A stretch of 64,000 bases of DNA, from contig JBBQRF010000003.1 in NCBI GenBank assembly GCA_038215155.1, positions 553-64,552 on the forward strand, written 5' to 3'. The first letter of the stretch is position 1, and each line of letters starts with the position of its first letter. This stretch comes from Minisyncoccia bacterium (GTDB lineage Bacteria > Patescibacteriota > Minisyncoccia > Phycocordibacterales > CAJBRS01). Position numbers and translations under genes: made by a program. Positions 49,561-59,884 of the stretch are shown here, piece after piece. The notes under the pieces were generated by a model. That model searched no databases and was not told the origin of the DNA. It worked only from the letters and a program-made list of their open reading frames with translations.

Positions 49561-51321
49561 TTAATTATTAGCAAAAATTCGCCAGACCCTCTCTTTTTCT
49601 AAATACCAATTTTCAATTCCAACAAAACGTTCGGTCGCATTGTTGATATTTTCCAAGTTAACTCCATTAAGATTTTTTGGTAAGACGTAAATAAAATCTG
49701 GTGTGTATAAGAAAATGGCGGGCACATCATTATCTATCTCACTTTCTACTTTTTGATAATTACTGATGGCTAATTGAGTATCCGTTGATCCGCGAGCCGA
49801 TTCTAAAAGCTTGTCTACTTTACTATTAGTGTATAAAGCAATATTTAAACCTGGCTCTTTCCTTTCTGCTGAAGCCCAGAAACTATAAATATCTAAGCCT
49901 GGTGGAATAACTTCTCCAAATAGAAGGGCCTCATATTTTCTAGATTGGATAACTTCTTGATTGAGGGCGGTAGACTGAAAAATCTTTACCTTTACCTCGG
50001 CGCCAATTGCTTCCCACATTTTTTTCACTAAATTTGCCGTATTTACTAAGTCGGGTGCATCAGCGGTGGAGATGGTTAATGAAAGGCGCTCGGACTTTTT
50101 GTTTGAGGTTTTCTGCATAATGCCGTCCGCACCTCTTGACCATCCAACATTAGTCAAAATCTTAATAGTGGCTGCCACTCGATCAGCCTCTGAAAGATTT
50201 AAAATGTCAGCAGAGTTACTGACTTCGCCACTATCGGTAGCTGAAAGAGGTTTTATCAAATTAGGAGGAATGGCTTCAGTGGTAGGCTCTCCATAACCGT
50301 TCAATACTTCTTTGACAATCTTTTTTCGATCAACGGCCACATTAAGCGCTTGTCTGATTTCTTTATGTAAAAGCACTGGATTTTCACTTTGATTAAAAAA
50401 GATACCAAAGACGCGGGGGAGGGTAGAGGTGGCAATGATAGTATTCCGAGAATTGATGAAAGTAGCTTGATCGGGCGAAATAGAGCTTAAGTTTTTCACC
50501 TCGTTACTATTGAAAGCGCTAAGCAATTGATTTTGATCACTATAAAACCTAACAATAATGTCGTTAATATAGGGGTGACCACTGGCATAATTTTTAAAAG
50601 GCACTAAGTGATAATACCGTGGCAAGCCGGAAGAATTAGTCTTAATACTTTTCAGCATATAAGGTCCTGAACCAATTGGCTCGCGATTTAGCGCGCTTAA
50701 AGTAAAAGAGTCGACATTACTAGCTTCAGCCCAAAGGTGTTTAGGTAAAATTCCAAGGGTAGTGTTTTGTAGAAAAGGGCCATACGGCTTCTTTAAAGAG
50801 AATTTAATCTCCGTTGGACTAACAATTTCAATAGTAACGCCCTGCCAATTGGCTTCTTTTGGACTTTTAATAGAGAGGTCTTGAGTTTTGAGGATGGTAA
50901 ATTGAATATCGTCTGTAGTGACTGGAATACCATCTTGGAACGTAATGTTTTTCTTTAAGATAAAATCATAAGTTAAACCATCCGGGGAGACACTATAGCT
51001 TTCGGCTAAATCAGGCACTAAATTGCCTCCGGGAGTTTTTTTCATTAAACCAGAATAGATTAATTGAGATAGCGCTCGTCCAGAATCAGTAAAACTAAGG
51101 ATAGGATTAATGTAGCGTGGATAGCCAATTACGCCTTCTTCTAAGGTACCGCCAGCACTCGGTACCTCTACCATAAAGGCATTGTTGACTTTCAAAAGCA
51201 AAAATAATGTCGATAAAGCGAAGAGGAAGAAGAAAAAATAAAAAACCAGACTTTCAGACAGACTAAAAGACTGAATAGCAGCGCTTACTTTTTCGGACTT
51301 GGGAATATACCATCTTTTCAC
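49561..51321 (-). CDS. ABC transporter family-5 (peptide) substrate-binding protein
   Basis: INP, IYSGL, PDLAESY, FQDG.PVT.DD and PIGSGPY motifs. Confidence 0.9.
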   Translation of the reverse strand: MKRWYIPKSEKVSAAIQSFSLSESLVFYFFFFLFALSTLFLLLKVNNAFMVEVPSAGGTLEEGVIGYPRYINPILSFTDSGRALSQLIYSGLMKKTPGGNLVPDLAESYSVSPDGLTYDFILKKNITFQDGIPVTTDDIQFTILKTQDLSIKSPKEANWQGVTIEIVSPTEIKFSLKKPYGPFLQNTTLGILPKHLWAEASNVDSFTLSALNREPIGSGPYMLKSIKTNSSGLPRYYHLVPFKNYASGHPYINDIIVRFYSDQNQLLSAFNSNEVKNLSSISPDQATFINSRNTIIATSTLPRVFGIFFNQSENPVLLHKEIRQALNVAVDRKKIVKEVLNGYGEPTTEAIPPNLIKPLSATDSGEVSNSADILNLSEADRVAATIKILTNVGWSRGADGIMQKTSNKKSERLSLTISTADAPDLVNTANLVKKMWEAIGAEVKVKIFQSTALNQEVIQSRKYEALLFGEVIPPGLDIYSFWASAERKEPGLNIALYTNSKVDKLLESARGSTDTQLAISNYQKVESEIDNDVPAIFLYTPDFIYVLPKNLNGVNLENINNATERFVGIENWYLEKERVWRIFANN

Positions 51322-51380
51322 GACAATTTTGAGGGAGATAATAGATCAGCGAAACTGAGCTAAATTACTGGTAAAATTAT

Positions 51381-51611
51381 TTAGATTACTAAGGCCAAAA
51401 AGGCCGACAAGGCAAACAAGGATGCAAGGACAATAGTGGAGATAAATAAGGTTCTTTCAAAGCCGCGACGGGTTCGGTGGACGGAGCTGAAGCTGTCGCC
51501 GCCGAAGGCGGCTCCAACTGAGGCATCAGAACGTTGCAGTAAAACAGCGACGATTAACAGGATCGACAGTACGATTTCAATATAGGGCAATATTCCAGAG
51601 AGAAACTGCAT
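51381..51611 (-). CDS. secG: Preprotein translocase SecG
   Basis: VLLQ....G.AFGG...RRG.E motif; TTGCAA, 17 nt, TAAAGT, 7 nt, ATG (51611). Confidence 0.92.
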   Translation of the reverse strand: MQFLSGILPYIEIVLSILLIVAVLLQRSDASVGAAFGGDSFSSVHRTRRGFERTLFISTIVLASLFALSAFLALVI

Positions 51612-51710
51612 TTCTCCCACTTTAGCAAAAAGGTCTAAAAATTGCAACCTTGAATTTAATTGAAAAATTCCTTATATTTAAGACCCTATTAAAACTAATC
51701 ACTATTAAAT

Positions 51711-52067
51711 ATGTCTAAAGGAAAATCATCGAACGGAAAGACAAATAAAGGAAACAAAGAAATCATAGCAATTATGCCACTTGCTGATCGCGTATTGCTT
51801 CGCCCTCTGAATCCAGATGAAATTGAGAAAAAATCCAATTTCGGTATCATCATTCCCGAGACCATCAGCAAAGAAAAACCGGAGCAAGGAAAGGTAGTGG
51901 CAGTAGGAGAAGGAAAACTTAATGAAAAAGGCGAAAAAATTCCAATGAGTGTAAAAGTGGGGGATCGAGTGTTATTCTCCAAATATGGTTATGACGAAAT
52001 TAAGATAGGAGAGGAGGAATACCTGATTGTTTCAGAAAGTCAGATTTTAGCAGTAATTAAGAAATAG
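51711..52067 (+). CDS. groES: Co-chaperonin GroES
   Basis: PLADRVL, GIIIP.T..KEKP.QG.VVAVG.G and VKVGD.VLF.KY motifs. Confidence 0.97.
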   Translation: MSKGKSSNGKTNKGNKEIIAIMPLADRVLLRPLNPDEIEKKSNFGIIIPETISKEKPEQGKVVAVGEGKLNEKGEKIPMSVKVGDRVLFSKYGYDEIKIGEEEYLIVSESQILAVIKK

Positions 52068-52072
52068 AAAAT

Positions 52073-53713
52073 ATGGCCAAAAAAATTATTTACAACGAAG
52101 AGGCGAGAAAACTTTTAAAAAATGGTGTTGATGCTGTCGCCAATGCAGTAAAAATTACGATAGGTCCTCGCGGCCGAAACGTCGTGCTAGATAAAGGATA
52201 TGGCTCACCAACTATTACTAATGACGGTGTCTCTATTGCCAAAGAAATTACTTTGGCTGATAAGTTTGAAAATATGGGAGCGGAGATCATTAAAGAAGTT
52301 GCCACTAAGACTAATGAAACTGCGGGCGACGGTACTACCACTTCTGTTATTCTCGCCCAAGCTATTATTCGAGAAGGTATGAAGCACGCCACCATGGGAG
52401 TGAATGCCATGGCTTTACGCAGTGGAATTGAGAAAGCGGCACAAGATGTAGTGGCAGCACTAAAAAGCATTGCTAAAGAAATTAAGAATAAAGAGGAAAT
52501 TCGCCAAGTGGCTACTATTTCTGCTGAGTCACCGGAAATTGGCAAAATTATTGCTGACACTATTGATAAGGTAGGAAAAGACGGAGTAGTAACTGTAGAA
52601 GAGTCTCAATCTCTTGGAATTGACTCTGAAGTAGTAGAAGGTATGGAATTTGATAAAGGATATGTTTCGGCCTACATGATTACTAATTCTGAGAGAATGG
52701 AAGCCGAATACCGAGACCCCGCCATTCTAATCACCGACAAGAAGATTTCCAGCGTTAAAGAAATTCTGCCGCTCTTAGAAAAATTAGCCCAGAGTGGCAA
52801 AAAAGATTTAGTCATTATTGCCGAAGATGTAGATGGAGAGGCGCTGGCCACTTTTATCGTTAATAAATTACGCGGCGGCTTTAATGTTCTTGCGGTGAAA
52901 GCACCAGGATACGGCGATCGAAAGAAAGAACAACTTCAAGACCTTGCCATCACTGTTGGTGCTCAAGTTATTTCAGAAGATCTCGGAATTAAATTGGAGA
53001 ACGCGGAGCTTAGCATGTTGGGCCGAGCTAACAGGGTAGTAGCGACTAAAGACAATACTATTGTAGTGGGCGGGAAAGGTAAGAAAGTTGAAATTGAAAA
53101 GCGAGTGGCCTCACTTAAAAAACAGCGAGAGGGAATTGATTCTAGTTTTGATCGAGAGAAATTAGATGAGCGAATTGCTAAACTCTCTGGTGGAGTTGCA
53201 GTGATTCGCGTCGGCGCCGCTACTGAAACGGAAATGAAATATTTGAAACTAAAAATTGAAGACGCGGTCAACGCTACTAAGGCAGCTATTGCTGAAGGAA
53301 TAGTGGCCGGTGGAGGTAGTGCCTTAGTGAGAGTAGCAGAAAAAATCGGTCGCAAAGACAGAAGTAATAATCGCGACGAAATGTCTTTGGGCTACGATAT
53401 TGTCATTCGCGCTCTGGAAGAACCCTTAAAACAAATTGCAATAAATGCTGGCAAAGACGATGGCTCGGTTATCGTCGAGAAAATTAAAAAAGCTAAAGGC
53501 AATGCCGGATACGACGCTCTAAATGACGAGATAGTCTCGGACATGCTCGCTGCGGGAATCATTGATCCAGTTAAGGTGACGAGAAGTGGCGTGCAAAACG
53601 CTGCGAGCGCTGCCGCTATTCTACTAACTACGGAAGTAGCTATAGCTGATATGCCAGAAGAAAAGAAACCGGCTTCGGGTGGAATGCCTGATATGGGAGG
53701 AATGGGCTATTAA
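52073..53713 (+). CDS. groEL: Chaperonin GroEL
   Basis: GPRGRNV, AGDGTTT, KAPGYGDR motifs; GGM tail. Confidence 0.98.
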   Translation: MAKKIIYNEEARKLLKNGVDAVANAVKITIGPRGRNVVLDKGYGSPTITNDGVSIAKEITLADKFENMGAEIIKEVATKTNETAGDGTTTSVILAQAIIREGMKHATMGVNAMALRSGIEKAAQDVVAALKSIAKEIKNKEEIRQVATISAESPEIGKIIADTIDKVGKDGVVTVEESQSLGIDSEVVEGMEFDKGYVSAYMITNSERMEAEYRDPAILITDKKISSVKEILPLLEKLAQSGKKDLVIIAEDVDGEALATFIVNKLRGGFNVLAVKAPGYGDRKKEQLQDLAITVGAQVISEDLGIKLENAELSMLGRANRVVATKDNTIVVGGKGKKVEIEKRVASLKKQREGIDSSFDREKLDERIAKLSGGVAVIRVGAATETEMKYLKLKIEDAVNATKAAIAEGIVAGGGSALVRVAEKIGRKDRSNNRDEMSLGYDIVIRALEEPLKQIAINAGKDDGSVIVEKIKKAKGNAGYDALNDEIVSDMLAAGIIDPVKVTRSGVQNAASAAAILLTTEVAIADMPEEKKPASGGMPDMGGMGY

Positions 53714-53735
53714 CTAGCCGTGTTATAATAGGAAT

Positions 53736-54392
53736 ATGAAAAATTCTCCTAATGGTTTTGTTAGTATGGCTATCGGGTTGGTCCTTGTCCTAATAGGTGC
53801 CTCCTTGTGGGAATACTCAACCTTCACTCTATCTAAAAAAATTCAAGCGGGAGGATTGTTGAGTAGTCGAGAGTATCAGAATGTTCCGACTCCTATTTCC
53901 ACCAATGGTTGGAAAACCTATCAAGATAATCAGTACGGTTTTTCCTTACAATATCCTAATGACTTTTCTCTAAAAGAAGAACCTGGGCAGAGTGTTACTT
54001 TAGTTGTCCCGGTGGAAAATTATTTTAAAACTAAATTAACCGGCGAAGCCACCTTAACTATTTATAATGTGGGCAAAAGTTGTCCTGCAATTTCAGGCGA
54101 AAATCAGCATCCAACTTCTAAATCAAATCTTAGTTCGGCAGCCGGTAACTTTACTCGCGTCGCTTGGTCCGATGTGGGAGCGGGGCAGTTGTATGAGTCG
54201 GCGCACTACTCTTTAATTAAAAATAGTCTTTGCTACTCAGCATTACTTTTGATTCATAGTAGTAACGGTGCAGGCGTCTATTATTCTGATCCGGAGAAAA
54301 TTGCTGAAGTTGAAAAACAGCAAGCCGATGATAAAGTCGCTTTCATTCAGGTAATAGATCGAATTATTTCTACCTTTAAATTTGTAAAATAA
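53736..54392 (+). CDS. PsbP-like membrane-anchored protein
   Basis: WKTY....YGFSLQYP and IISTFKF motifs. Confidence 0.65.
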   Translation: MKNSPNGFVSMAIGLVLVLIGASLWEYSTFTLSKKIQAGGLLSSREYQNVPTPISTNGWKTYQDNQYGFSLQYPNDFSLKEEPGQSVTLVVPVENYFKTKLTGEATLTIYNVGKSCPAISGENQHPTSKSNLSSAAGNFTRVAWSDVGAGQLYESAHYSLIKNSLCYSALLLIHSSNGAGVYYSDPEKIAEVEKQQADDKVAFIQVIDRIISTFKFVK

Positions 54393-54396
54393 AAAT

Positions 54397-54960
54397 ATGA
54401 TTATATTCATTATTGTTATCGCACTTGTTCTCGGATGGTTCGTAGCTAGCTACAATGGTTTCGTTAAATTAACTCAACGAGCTCGCGAGGCCTTGGCAGA
54501 TATTGATGTTCAATTAAAGCGCCGGCACGATTTAATTCCGAATCTTGTTAATACAGTGAAGGGTTACGCCACTCATGAAGCAGGCGTTTTTGATCGAGTA
54601 ACAGCGGCGCGGAGCGCCGCTGTTAGCGCCGGCTCCGCCGGCCTCGCCCCTCGAGCAGCCGCTGAGGGGGCGCTTTCAAGTGCGCTCGGCAAACTCTTCG
54701 CTGTCGCTGAGGCCTATCCCGAACTGAAAGCAAATCAAAACTTCCTAGAGCTTCAACGAGAGCTTGAAGATACAGAAAACAAGATCCAAGCCGCTCGGAG
54801 ATTTTACAACACTAACGTCAGAGACCTATCTATTAAGCTCGGGTCTTTTCCCTCCAATCTAATTGCTCAAATGTTTCATTTTCAAAAGATGGATTACTTC
54901 GAACTCGGAGATTCTCCAGAAGCTACTGCCGCTCGAGAGCCAGTAGAAGTGAAGTTTTAA
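54397..54960 (+). CDS. lemA: LemA family protein
   Basis: IDVQLKRRHDLIPNLV and EAYPELKANQNF motifs. Confidence 0.96.
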   Translation: MIIFIIVIALVLGWFVASYNGFVKLTQRAREALADIDVQLKRRHDLIPNLVNTVKGYATHEAGVFDRVTAARSAAVSAGSAGLAPRAAAEGALSSALGKLFAVAEAYPELKANQNFLELQRELEDTENKIQAARRFYNTNVRDLSIKLGSFPSNLIAQMFHFQKMDYFELGDSPEATAAREPVEVKF

Positions 54961-54964
54961 GACT

Positions 54965-55444
54965 ATGGCAGTACCTTCAAGAGAATTACACAGGATTGTA
55001 CCGACAGTCATCATTTATAATTCAGAAAAGAAATATTTAATTACAAAACGTAGTGAGAAACTTCCTGTTTTTCCCGGCCGTTGGACTGTTCCGGGTGGAG
55101 GATTATCCATGGATGATTATGAAACCATGCCCTTCTCTAATAAAAATGACAAGCAATGGTATTTTGTTTTGGAAAAAGGCTTGCGCCGAGAAGTAAAGGA
55201 GGAAGTAAATTTAGAAATAGGAATTCCTGAATATTTATTGGATCTAGTTTTCATTCGACCGGACAATGTACCAGTGGTGGTATTAACTTTTATCGCTCCC
55301 TATGTCTCCGGAGAAATTGTCTTAAATGATGGGGAGAATACAGAATTTCAATGGATTAATGCGGCAGAAGCAAAAGACTATGATTTCGTGGGGGATATTG
55401 CCATGGAAATTGAACTTGCCGATAAACGTCTACAAGAACAATGA
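54965..55444 (+). CDS. NUDIX hydrolase
   Basis: W.VPGG...RREVKEE.NL Nudix box with an internal insertion. Confidence 0.88.
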   Translation: MAVPSRELHRIVPTVIIYNSEKKYLITKRSEKLPVFPGRWTVPGGGLSMDDYETMPFSNKNDKQWYFVLEKGLRREVKEEVNLEIGIPEYLLDLVFIRPDNVPVVVLTFIAPYVSGEIVLNDGENTEFQWINAAEAKDYDFVGDIAMEIELADKRLQEQ

Positions 55445-56343
55445 CTCTCTACACTCAACAAGATTCTAATATTGCCAAGACCTGGATTTTGATGGCCCTC
55501 TTTCTCGGTGTTATCGTAGGTGTTGGCTATTTTTTTAGTTATTACTATCGAAACCCTAGCATTTTATATTTTGCGTTCTTTTTCAGCTTAATCATGAACA
55601 TTGGAAGTTATTGGTTTTCCGACAAAATTACTTTGGCTGTCTCTCGGGCAAAACCGATAAGTAAGACCGAAGCTCCTGATTTATATAATATAGTGGAGAA
55701 TCTTTCCATTACGGCGGGATTACCCATGCCGAAAATTTATATTATTAATGATTCCGCTCCGAACGCCTTTGCCACTGGACGGAATAAAGATCATGCTGCC
55801 ATGGCCGTCACCTCTGGGTTATTAGAGATGATGAATAAGACTGAGCTCGAAGGAGTGATTGCTCACGAACTCTCTCATATCGGAAACCGAGATATTTTAA
55901 TTTCTACGGTTGTGGTAGTGTTGGTGGGTCTAGTAACTTTACTCTCAGATTTTTTTCTTCGCATATCTTTTTTTGGCGGTGGACGGAGCAGAGATAGGGA
56001 AGGTGGCGGAGGCGTCTTAGTAATTGTTGGTATCGCCTTGGCTATCCTCACACCAATTATTGCCACTTTGATTCAGCTGGCTATTTCGCGCCGCCGAGAA
56101 TCTTTAGCGGATGCTAGCGGTGCACTTTTGACGCGCTACCCTGAAGGTTTAGCTAGCGCGCTAGAGAAAATTGCTGGATATAAAATCCCCATGAAGCATG
56201 CCAATAATGCTACCGCCCATCTATATATCTCCAATCCATTTGGACCGGACAATCGGCGGATAAGTGCCATTGCGCGATTGTTCCTAACCCACCCACCCAT
56301 TGAAGAAAGAATTACTGCTTTGCGGGGAAGTGAAAGAGGGTAA
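55441..56343 (+). CDS. htpX: Zinc metalloprotease HtpX (M48)
   Basis: PNAFATG, HELSH, SR.RE..AD and THPP..ERI motifs. Confidence 0.95.
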   Translation: MTLYTQQDSNIAKTWILMALFLGVIVGVGYFFSYYYRNPSILYFAFFFSLIMNIGSYWFSDKITLAVSRAKPISKTEAPDLYNIVENLSITAGLPMPKIYIINDSAPNAFATGRNKDHAAMAVTSGLLEMMNKTELEGVIAHELSHIGNRDILISTVVVVLVGLVTLLSDFFLRISFFGGGRSRDREGGGGVLVIVGIALAILTPIIATLIQLAISRRRESLADASGALLTRYPEGLASALEKIAGYKIPMKHANNATAHLYISNPFGPDNRRISAIARLFLTHPPIEERITALRGSERG

Positions 56344-56407
56344 TAATGAATTTCTGGGAGAAATAAAAAAGACCTGAAGCACGCGTATGAGCTTCAGGCC
56401 TTAAAGT

Positions 56408-56680
56408 TTAAGCCACCGGTATTAAAGCCGGTCGCTCCAGGATAGGGCGAATTCCCAAGTGCCGAACGGATCGTTCCGCAATCACCACTAGTCGTCCACC
56501 GCGCCTCAAACTGATATCTAAGGCTGTCCGGCGCGACAAGATACGACCAACTATTTCTGTCAGTCTTTTTTGGACGGTCTTTTGCCGAAGTCGCTTAGCT
56601 GGAATCCATCGAATAGCGCGGCGATAAACGCGGTGAGCCACCCAATCCACCTCCATTCCAAAATTATTAAATGTTTTCAT
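56408..56680 (-). CDS. Hypothetical Arg-rich protein
   Basis: ATG ORF with upstream TTGACA and a downstream hairpin (~56370-56400). Confidence 0.5.
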   Translation of the reverse strand: MKTFNNFGMEVDWVAHRVYRRAIRWIPAKRLRQKTVQKRLTEIVGRILSRRTALDISLRRGGRLVVIAERSVRHLGIRPILERPALIPVA

Positions 56681-56729
56681 CTAGTTCATGTATTACCACG
56701 AACATCAGGAAATGTCAAATCACATCGAA

Positions 56730-57326
56730 TTACTCCAGGCCAATAATCTTTAATCCACAGTCACGATAATTATTCACTTCTAAATTCTGCCAGGCTCCAA
56801 GGGATTTCCCATATCCTTTATTTGGGCACGAATGATAAATTACTCCCCATTGAGTTCCCAAACGTTCTTCTATCTTCAGGCGCAGCTCGTCTATCACATA
56901 TATTTCTTTTGAGTGAAGATCTTTTAACGGATTACTAACGGAGATAACTGCTGGCTGCTGAAGTGTAATCAGAAAGGTTCCTTTTTTCTTTTTCTTAGGA
57001 GTTCGGGCGATATGGCCTGGCTTCCGTTTTACTTTCAGCGGTTTTTTTACTTCCATGTTTTCTTGCTGTTTTGCTTGGGGTGGTGGAAGAATGTCCTCAA
57101 TTAGAATTGGAATCTCTTCCACTTTCTTTCTGAATTCAGGCGTATCGTAGTGGTCCCGTGCTATTTTATTAACCAACACTTCCACCTTTTCTGAACCCTG
57201 GATCGAGCGATGATACTGAATAGTGAACAATTTCAGCTGCCTAGCTGATTGCGGCAGTACGGGAAAGGAGAATGGTTCAAATCCGGTAGGGTTAGGATCT
57301 CCAGCTTTTAAGGTTCTTATATTCAT
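56730..57326 (-). CDS. Hypothetical protein
   Basis: 198-aa ORF with no competing frame. Confidence 0.6.
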   Translation of the reverse strand: MNIRTLKAGDPNPTGFEPFSFPVLPQSARQLKLFTIQYHRSIQGSEKVEVLVNKIARDHYDTPEFRKKVEEIPILIEDILPPPQAKQQENMEVKKPLKVKRKPGHIARTPKKKKKGTFLITLQQPAVISVSNPLKDLHSKEIYVIDELRLKIEERLGTQWGVIYHSCPNKGYGKSLGAWQNLEVNNYRDCGLKIIGLE

Positions 57327-57392
57327 CTACTCCGATTTAAGCATAGAGTAAATTCAATTACAATGTAAAATAGATAAAGTAATTAAATAAAC

Positions 57393-57479
57393 GGAGAGGT
57401 GCCAGAGTGGTTGAATGGGCAGACCTGGAAAGTCTGTATGCCGGTAACGGTATCGAGGGTTCGAATCCCTCCCTCTCCG
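57393..57479 (+). tRNA. tRNA-Ser(GGA)
   Basis: Acceptor GGAGAGG/CCTCTCC, anticodon arm CAGAC-CTGGAAA-GTCTG, long variable arm, G73. Confidence 0.95.
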
Positions 57480-57623
57480 CAAAGACAAAATTTAATATAT
57501 TTTCATATTAAAATTTTGGCTTCGGTCGGAAGCGTGGTGGTGGGATTCGAACTAGTTCGAATAACTCTATGGTTAAGGAGCCTCAAAAATCCAAAATCTG
57601 TGGCGCGTAGTTTAAAAGTTTTT

Positions 57624-57641
57624 TCCCTCCCTCTCCGCAAA
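57624..57641 (+). repeat. 18-bp direct repeat of the tRNA-Ser 3' end (att-like)
   Basis: TCCCTCCCTCTCCGCAAA at 57466-57483 and 57624-57641. Confidence 0.75.
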
Positions 57642-57809
57642 AATAAGGAACGAAGTGACTATATTTTTGCAGGATGCCGCAATTCTCCTGCGGCGCCGCA
57701 ACTTTTCGAGTCTACGAGCGACTATATTTTGCGAGAGTGCTGAGCTTTGCGAAGTGCTCCGCAAATTTCTATTGCATATTTCACTCAGTGCTTTAGAATA
57801 CAGGCAGAA

Positions 57810-58058
57810 ATGAAAGATGATCCAGAGGCTTTTGCTCTTTTTGAAAAACGAGCTCGAGAATACGCCGCAGTACTTGCTGAGGCGAAAAATTTAGCGCAAT
57901 GTCGAACGGGGGCTGCTTCTCCGGTTCTGCAGGAAAAGAAATTGAATCAGTATGGCGCGGATTTGAAAACTCTTGGAAAATTGTTGGATATGACTCCGGC
58001 CGAATTAAAATCTCAAAGAGAAAGATTTGGCATACCGCATGAACCCGTCGAGACTTGA
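57810..58058 (+). CDS. Hypothetical protein
   Basis: TTGCAT, 16 nt, TAGAAT upstream of ATG 57810. Confidence 0.55.
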   Translation: MKDDPEAFALFEKRAREYAAVLAEAKNLAQCRTGAASPVLQEKKLNQYGADLKTLGKLLDMTPAELKSQRERFGIPHEPVET

Positions 58059-58076
58059 ATCGGCGGCTTTTAATTA

Positions 58077-58658
58077 ATGACTTTCAAAAATAAATTCCTA
58101 TTAATAATTTGCATCTTGTTGGTTATCACTGCCATCTCTTTTGTCGTAAACCCTAAATCTTTACTGAAACTCTCACCAAATATTAAAGCGCCCTCTCTTA
58201 TTCCTTTAGATAATACCCCTGCCATTTGGCAGATTTACAGTTCTTCTACTTCTGATATCACTTTCAAATACCCGTCCACTCTCTCAGCGACTTTTGTCGG
58301 TTTGGTGGATTGGCCTCCCAGACCAGAGATTTCAGAGCAATCATTTTCTTGTAATGAGAGTGGGGACGGCCCTGAAGCCCAAAGGACGAGCACTACTTAT
58401 GCTCGAGTGATTAACGGCCGCACCTATTGCGTTAGCGTTACGAGACGGGGTGCGGCCGGCACTATCTACGATCAATATTCCTACTCCACGCTCTTAAATA
58501 CTAAAGTAGTAACTTTAACCTTCAGCATCCACCATCCTCAATGCGACAATTATGCTGATCAGAAAATCCATGAGGCCTGCCAGAAGGAAACAATCGGTTT
58601 TAGCGACCAACTTGACCAAACTATCAATCAAATTTTCAGCACTTTGACCTTTTCTTAA
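58077..58658 (+). CDS. PsbP-like membrane-anchored protein
   Basis: TM; W..Y.....TFKYP, GAAGT.Y and QIFST..F motifs; four Cys in the soluble domain. Confidence 0.65.
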   Translation: MTFKNKFLLIICILLVITAISFVVNPKSLLKLSPNIKAPSLIPLDNTPAIWQIYSSSTSDITFKYPSTLSATFVGLVDWPPRPEISEQSFSCNESGDGPEAQRTSTTYARVINGRTYCVSVTRRGAAGTIYDQYSYSTLLNTKVVTLTFSIHHPQCDNYADQKIHEACQKETIGFSDQLDQTINQIFSTLTFS

Positions 58659-58835
58659 ATAAAGGGCATTCAACCCCAGTGCAGAGCCCTGGGCCCAAAT
58701 TCCGCCGCAGGGCGATGAGGTACTTACCCTTTGTTTCGCCGGCACTCGAACGTCATCAAAATTGCTATTTTGACGTCGCTTCTCGCTTGGCGAAATAAAA
58801 AACGCGTCGAACTTTCGGGGCGACGCGTTACCTTC

Positions 58836-59399
58836 TTAAAATTTGAATTTGTACATGGAGGTCCGAAAATTATTTCGAGGCTCCAAAATCTCAGAGTGAA
58901 AACGATTTTCTCGGTCGTACCACTGCAAGTGCTCGGTTTGAAGAGCGTAACTTCCTCGAACTGCGGGGTGGTAAGTGACGGTAATATTGAAAACCACTTT
59001 CTGGCCTTTAGTGATGTGAAAGCGACCGTTCTCTATCTTAACAGGAGGCTGAATAGTGTAACCGCTTGAGGATTCTCCTTTAACGCCCCGCCTTTTCAAA
59101 AACCAAAAACGTTTTTCAAGGATGGAATAAGTTACTCCGCTCATGTAGGCCACTACTGCGGTGTGACTACGAGCGATTTGAGTTGGAATCCAGATATCGT
59201 CTTTTGCAGGACCGATAGAGAATTGCTGGCGGAACTCGACCCCATTAGAACGCTCGTGTCTTTGAACTACTGAGGTGCCAGTGGTCACAGGCACCTCATT
59301 TTCAGTCCTTGTTTGAGAAGGAATGGCTTGATAGATAGCCCCCGCTAGCACTGGCAAAATAACTAGAGTCACAATCAACATTTTTTTACTGTATTTCAT
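58836..59399 (-). CDS. Secreted/anchored hypothetical protein
   Basis: N-terminal hydrophobic segment followed by a beta-rich body. Confidence 0.55.
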   Translation of the reverse strand: MKYSKKMLIVTLVILPVLAGAIYQAIPSQTRTENEVPVTTGTSVVQRHERSNGVEFRQQFSIGPAKDDIWIPTQIARSHTAVVAYMSGVTYSILEKRFWFLKRRGVKGESSSGYTIQPPVKIENGRFHITKGQKVVFNITVTYHPAVRGSYALQTEHLQWYDRENRFHSEILEPRNNFRTSMYKFKF

Positions 59400-59485
59400 T
59401 TAGGATCTTTCTTTTTATATGTAAGCACAAGAGTGGAGTATTTACAAATTCTCTTTTTCTATTATTATTCATGACGGAGTAAAAA

Positions 59486-59884
59486 TTGAAAAAAAACCGA
59501 AAACAAGTTAAACAACGAATTATGACCGTGCCCCCACGATTTCCTGATCCGAAGGTGAAAATGGTAGGCGATCTGCCAAGGCGAAAAGTTTTAACCGGGC
59601 TTCTCATTAACATCGTCAAACGAGATGGAAAAGTGATATCGGAATTACTAGATATTTCTGATTATAATCTTTTAATAGAAGTTTTGGTGGGAGATTGCAC
59701 CATCAGTTATAGGGTAAAATGCGGTACCAATATTAGGTGGCAGTTTAATCTGATTGTTCTCGCCCCGGATGGGAAGGGCCGTCAGGAAGTTTTTGAGATG
59801 AATGGCTATCGTCACGACTCACTTCACATTCACCTTATCTGCCACCATTGCCATGGCGGAGAGTGGGAGAAGAAAATTCTCTAG
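59486..59884 (+). CDS. Hypothetical protein (start uncertain)
   Basis: ORF abutting the next gene; His/Cys-rich C-terminus. Confidence 0.5.
   Translation: MKKNRKQVKQRIMTVPPRFPDPKVKMVGDLPRRKVLTGLLINIVKRDGKVISELLDISDYNLLIEVLVGDCTISYRVKCGTNIRWQFNLIVLAPDGKGRQEVFEMNGYRHDSLHIHLICHHCHGGEWEKKIL

Noticed and set aside
51612-51710. CIRCE operator before groES
   Set aside because: No TTAGCACTC-N9-GAGTGCTAA; only a partial TTAGCA.
52090-53355. Long antisense ORFs within groEL
   Set aside because: Codon-bias shadows of a highly conserved gene.
57399-57743. 114-aa ORF
   Set aside because: Overlaps tRNA-Ser and the repeat scar.
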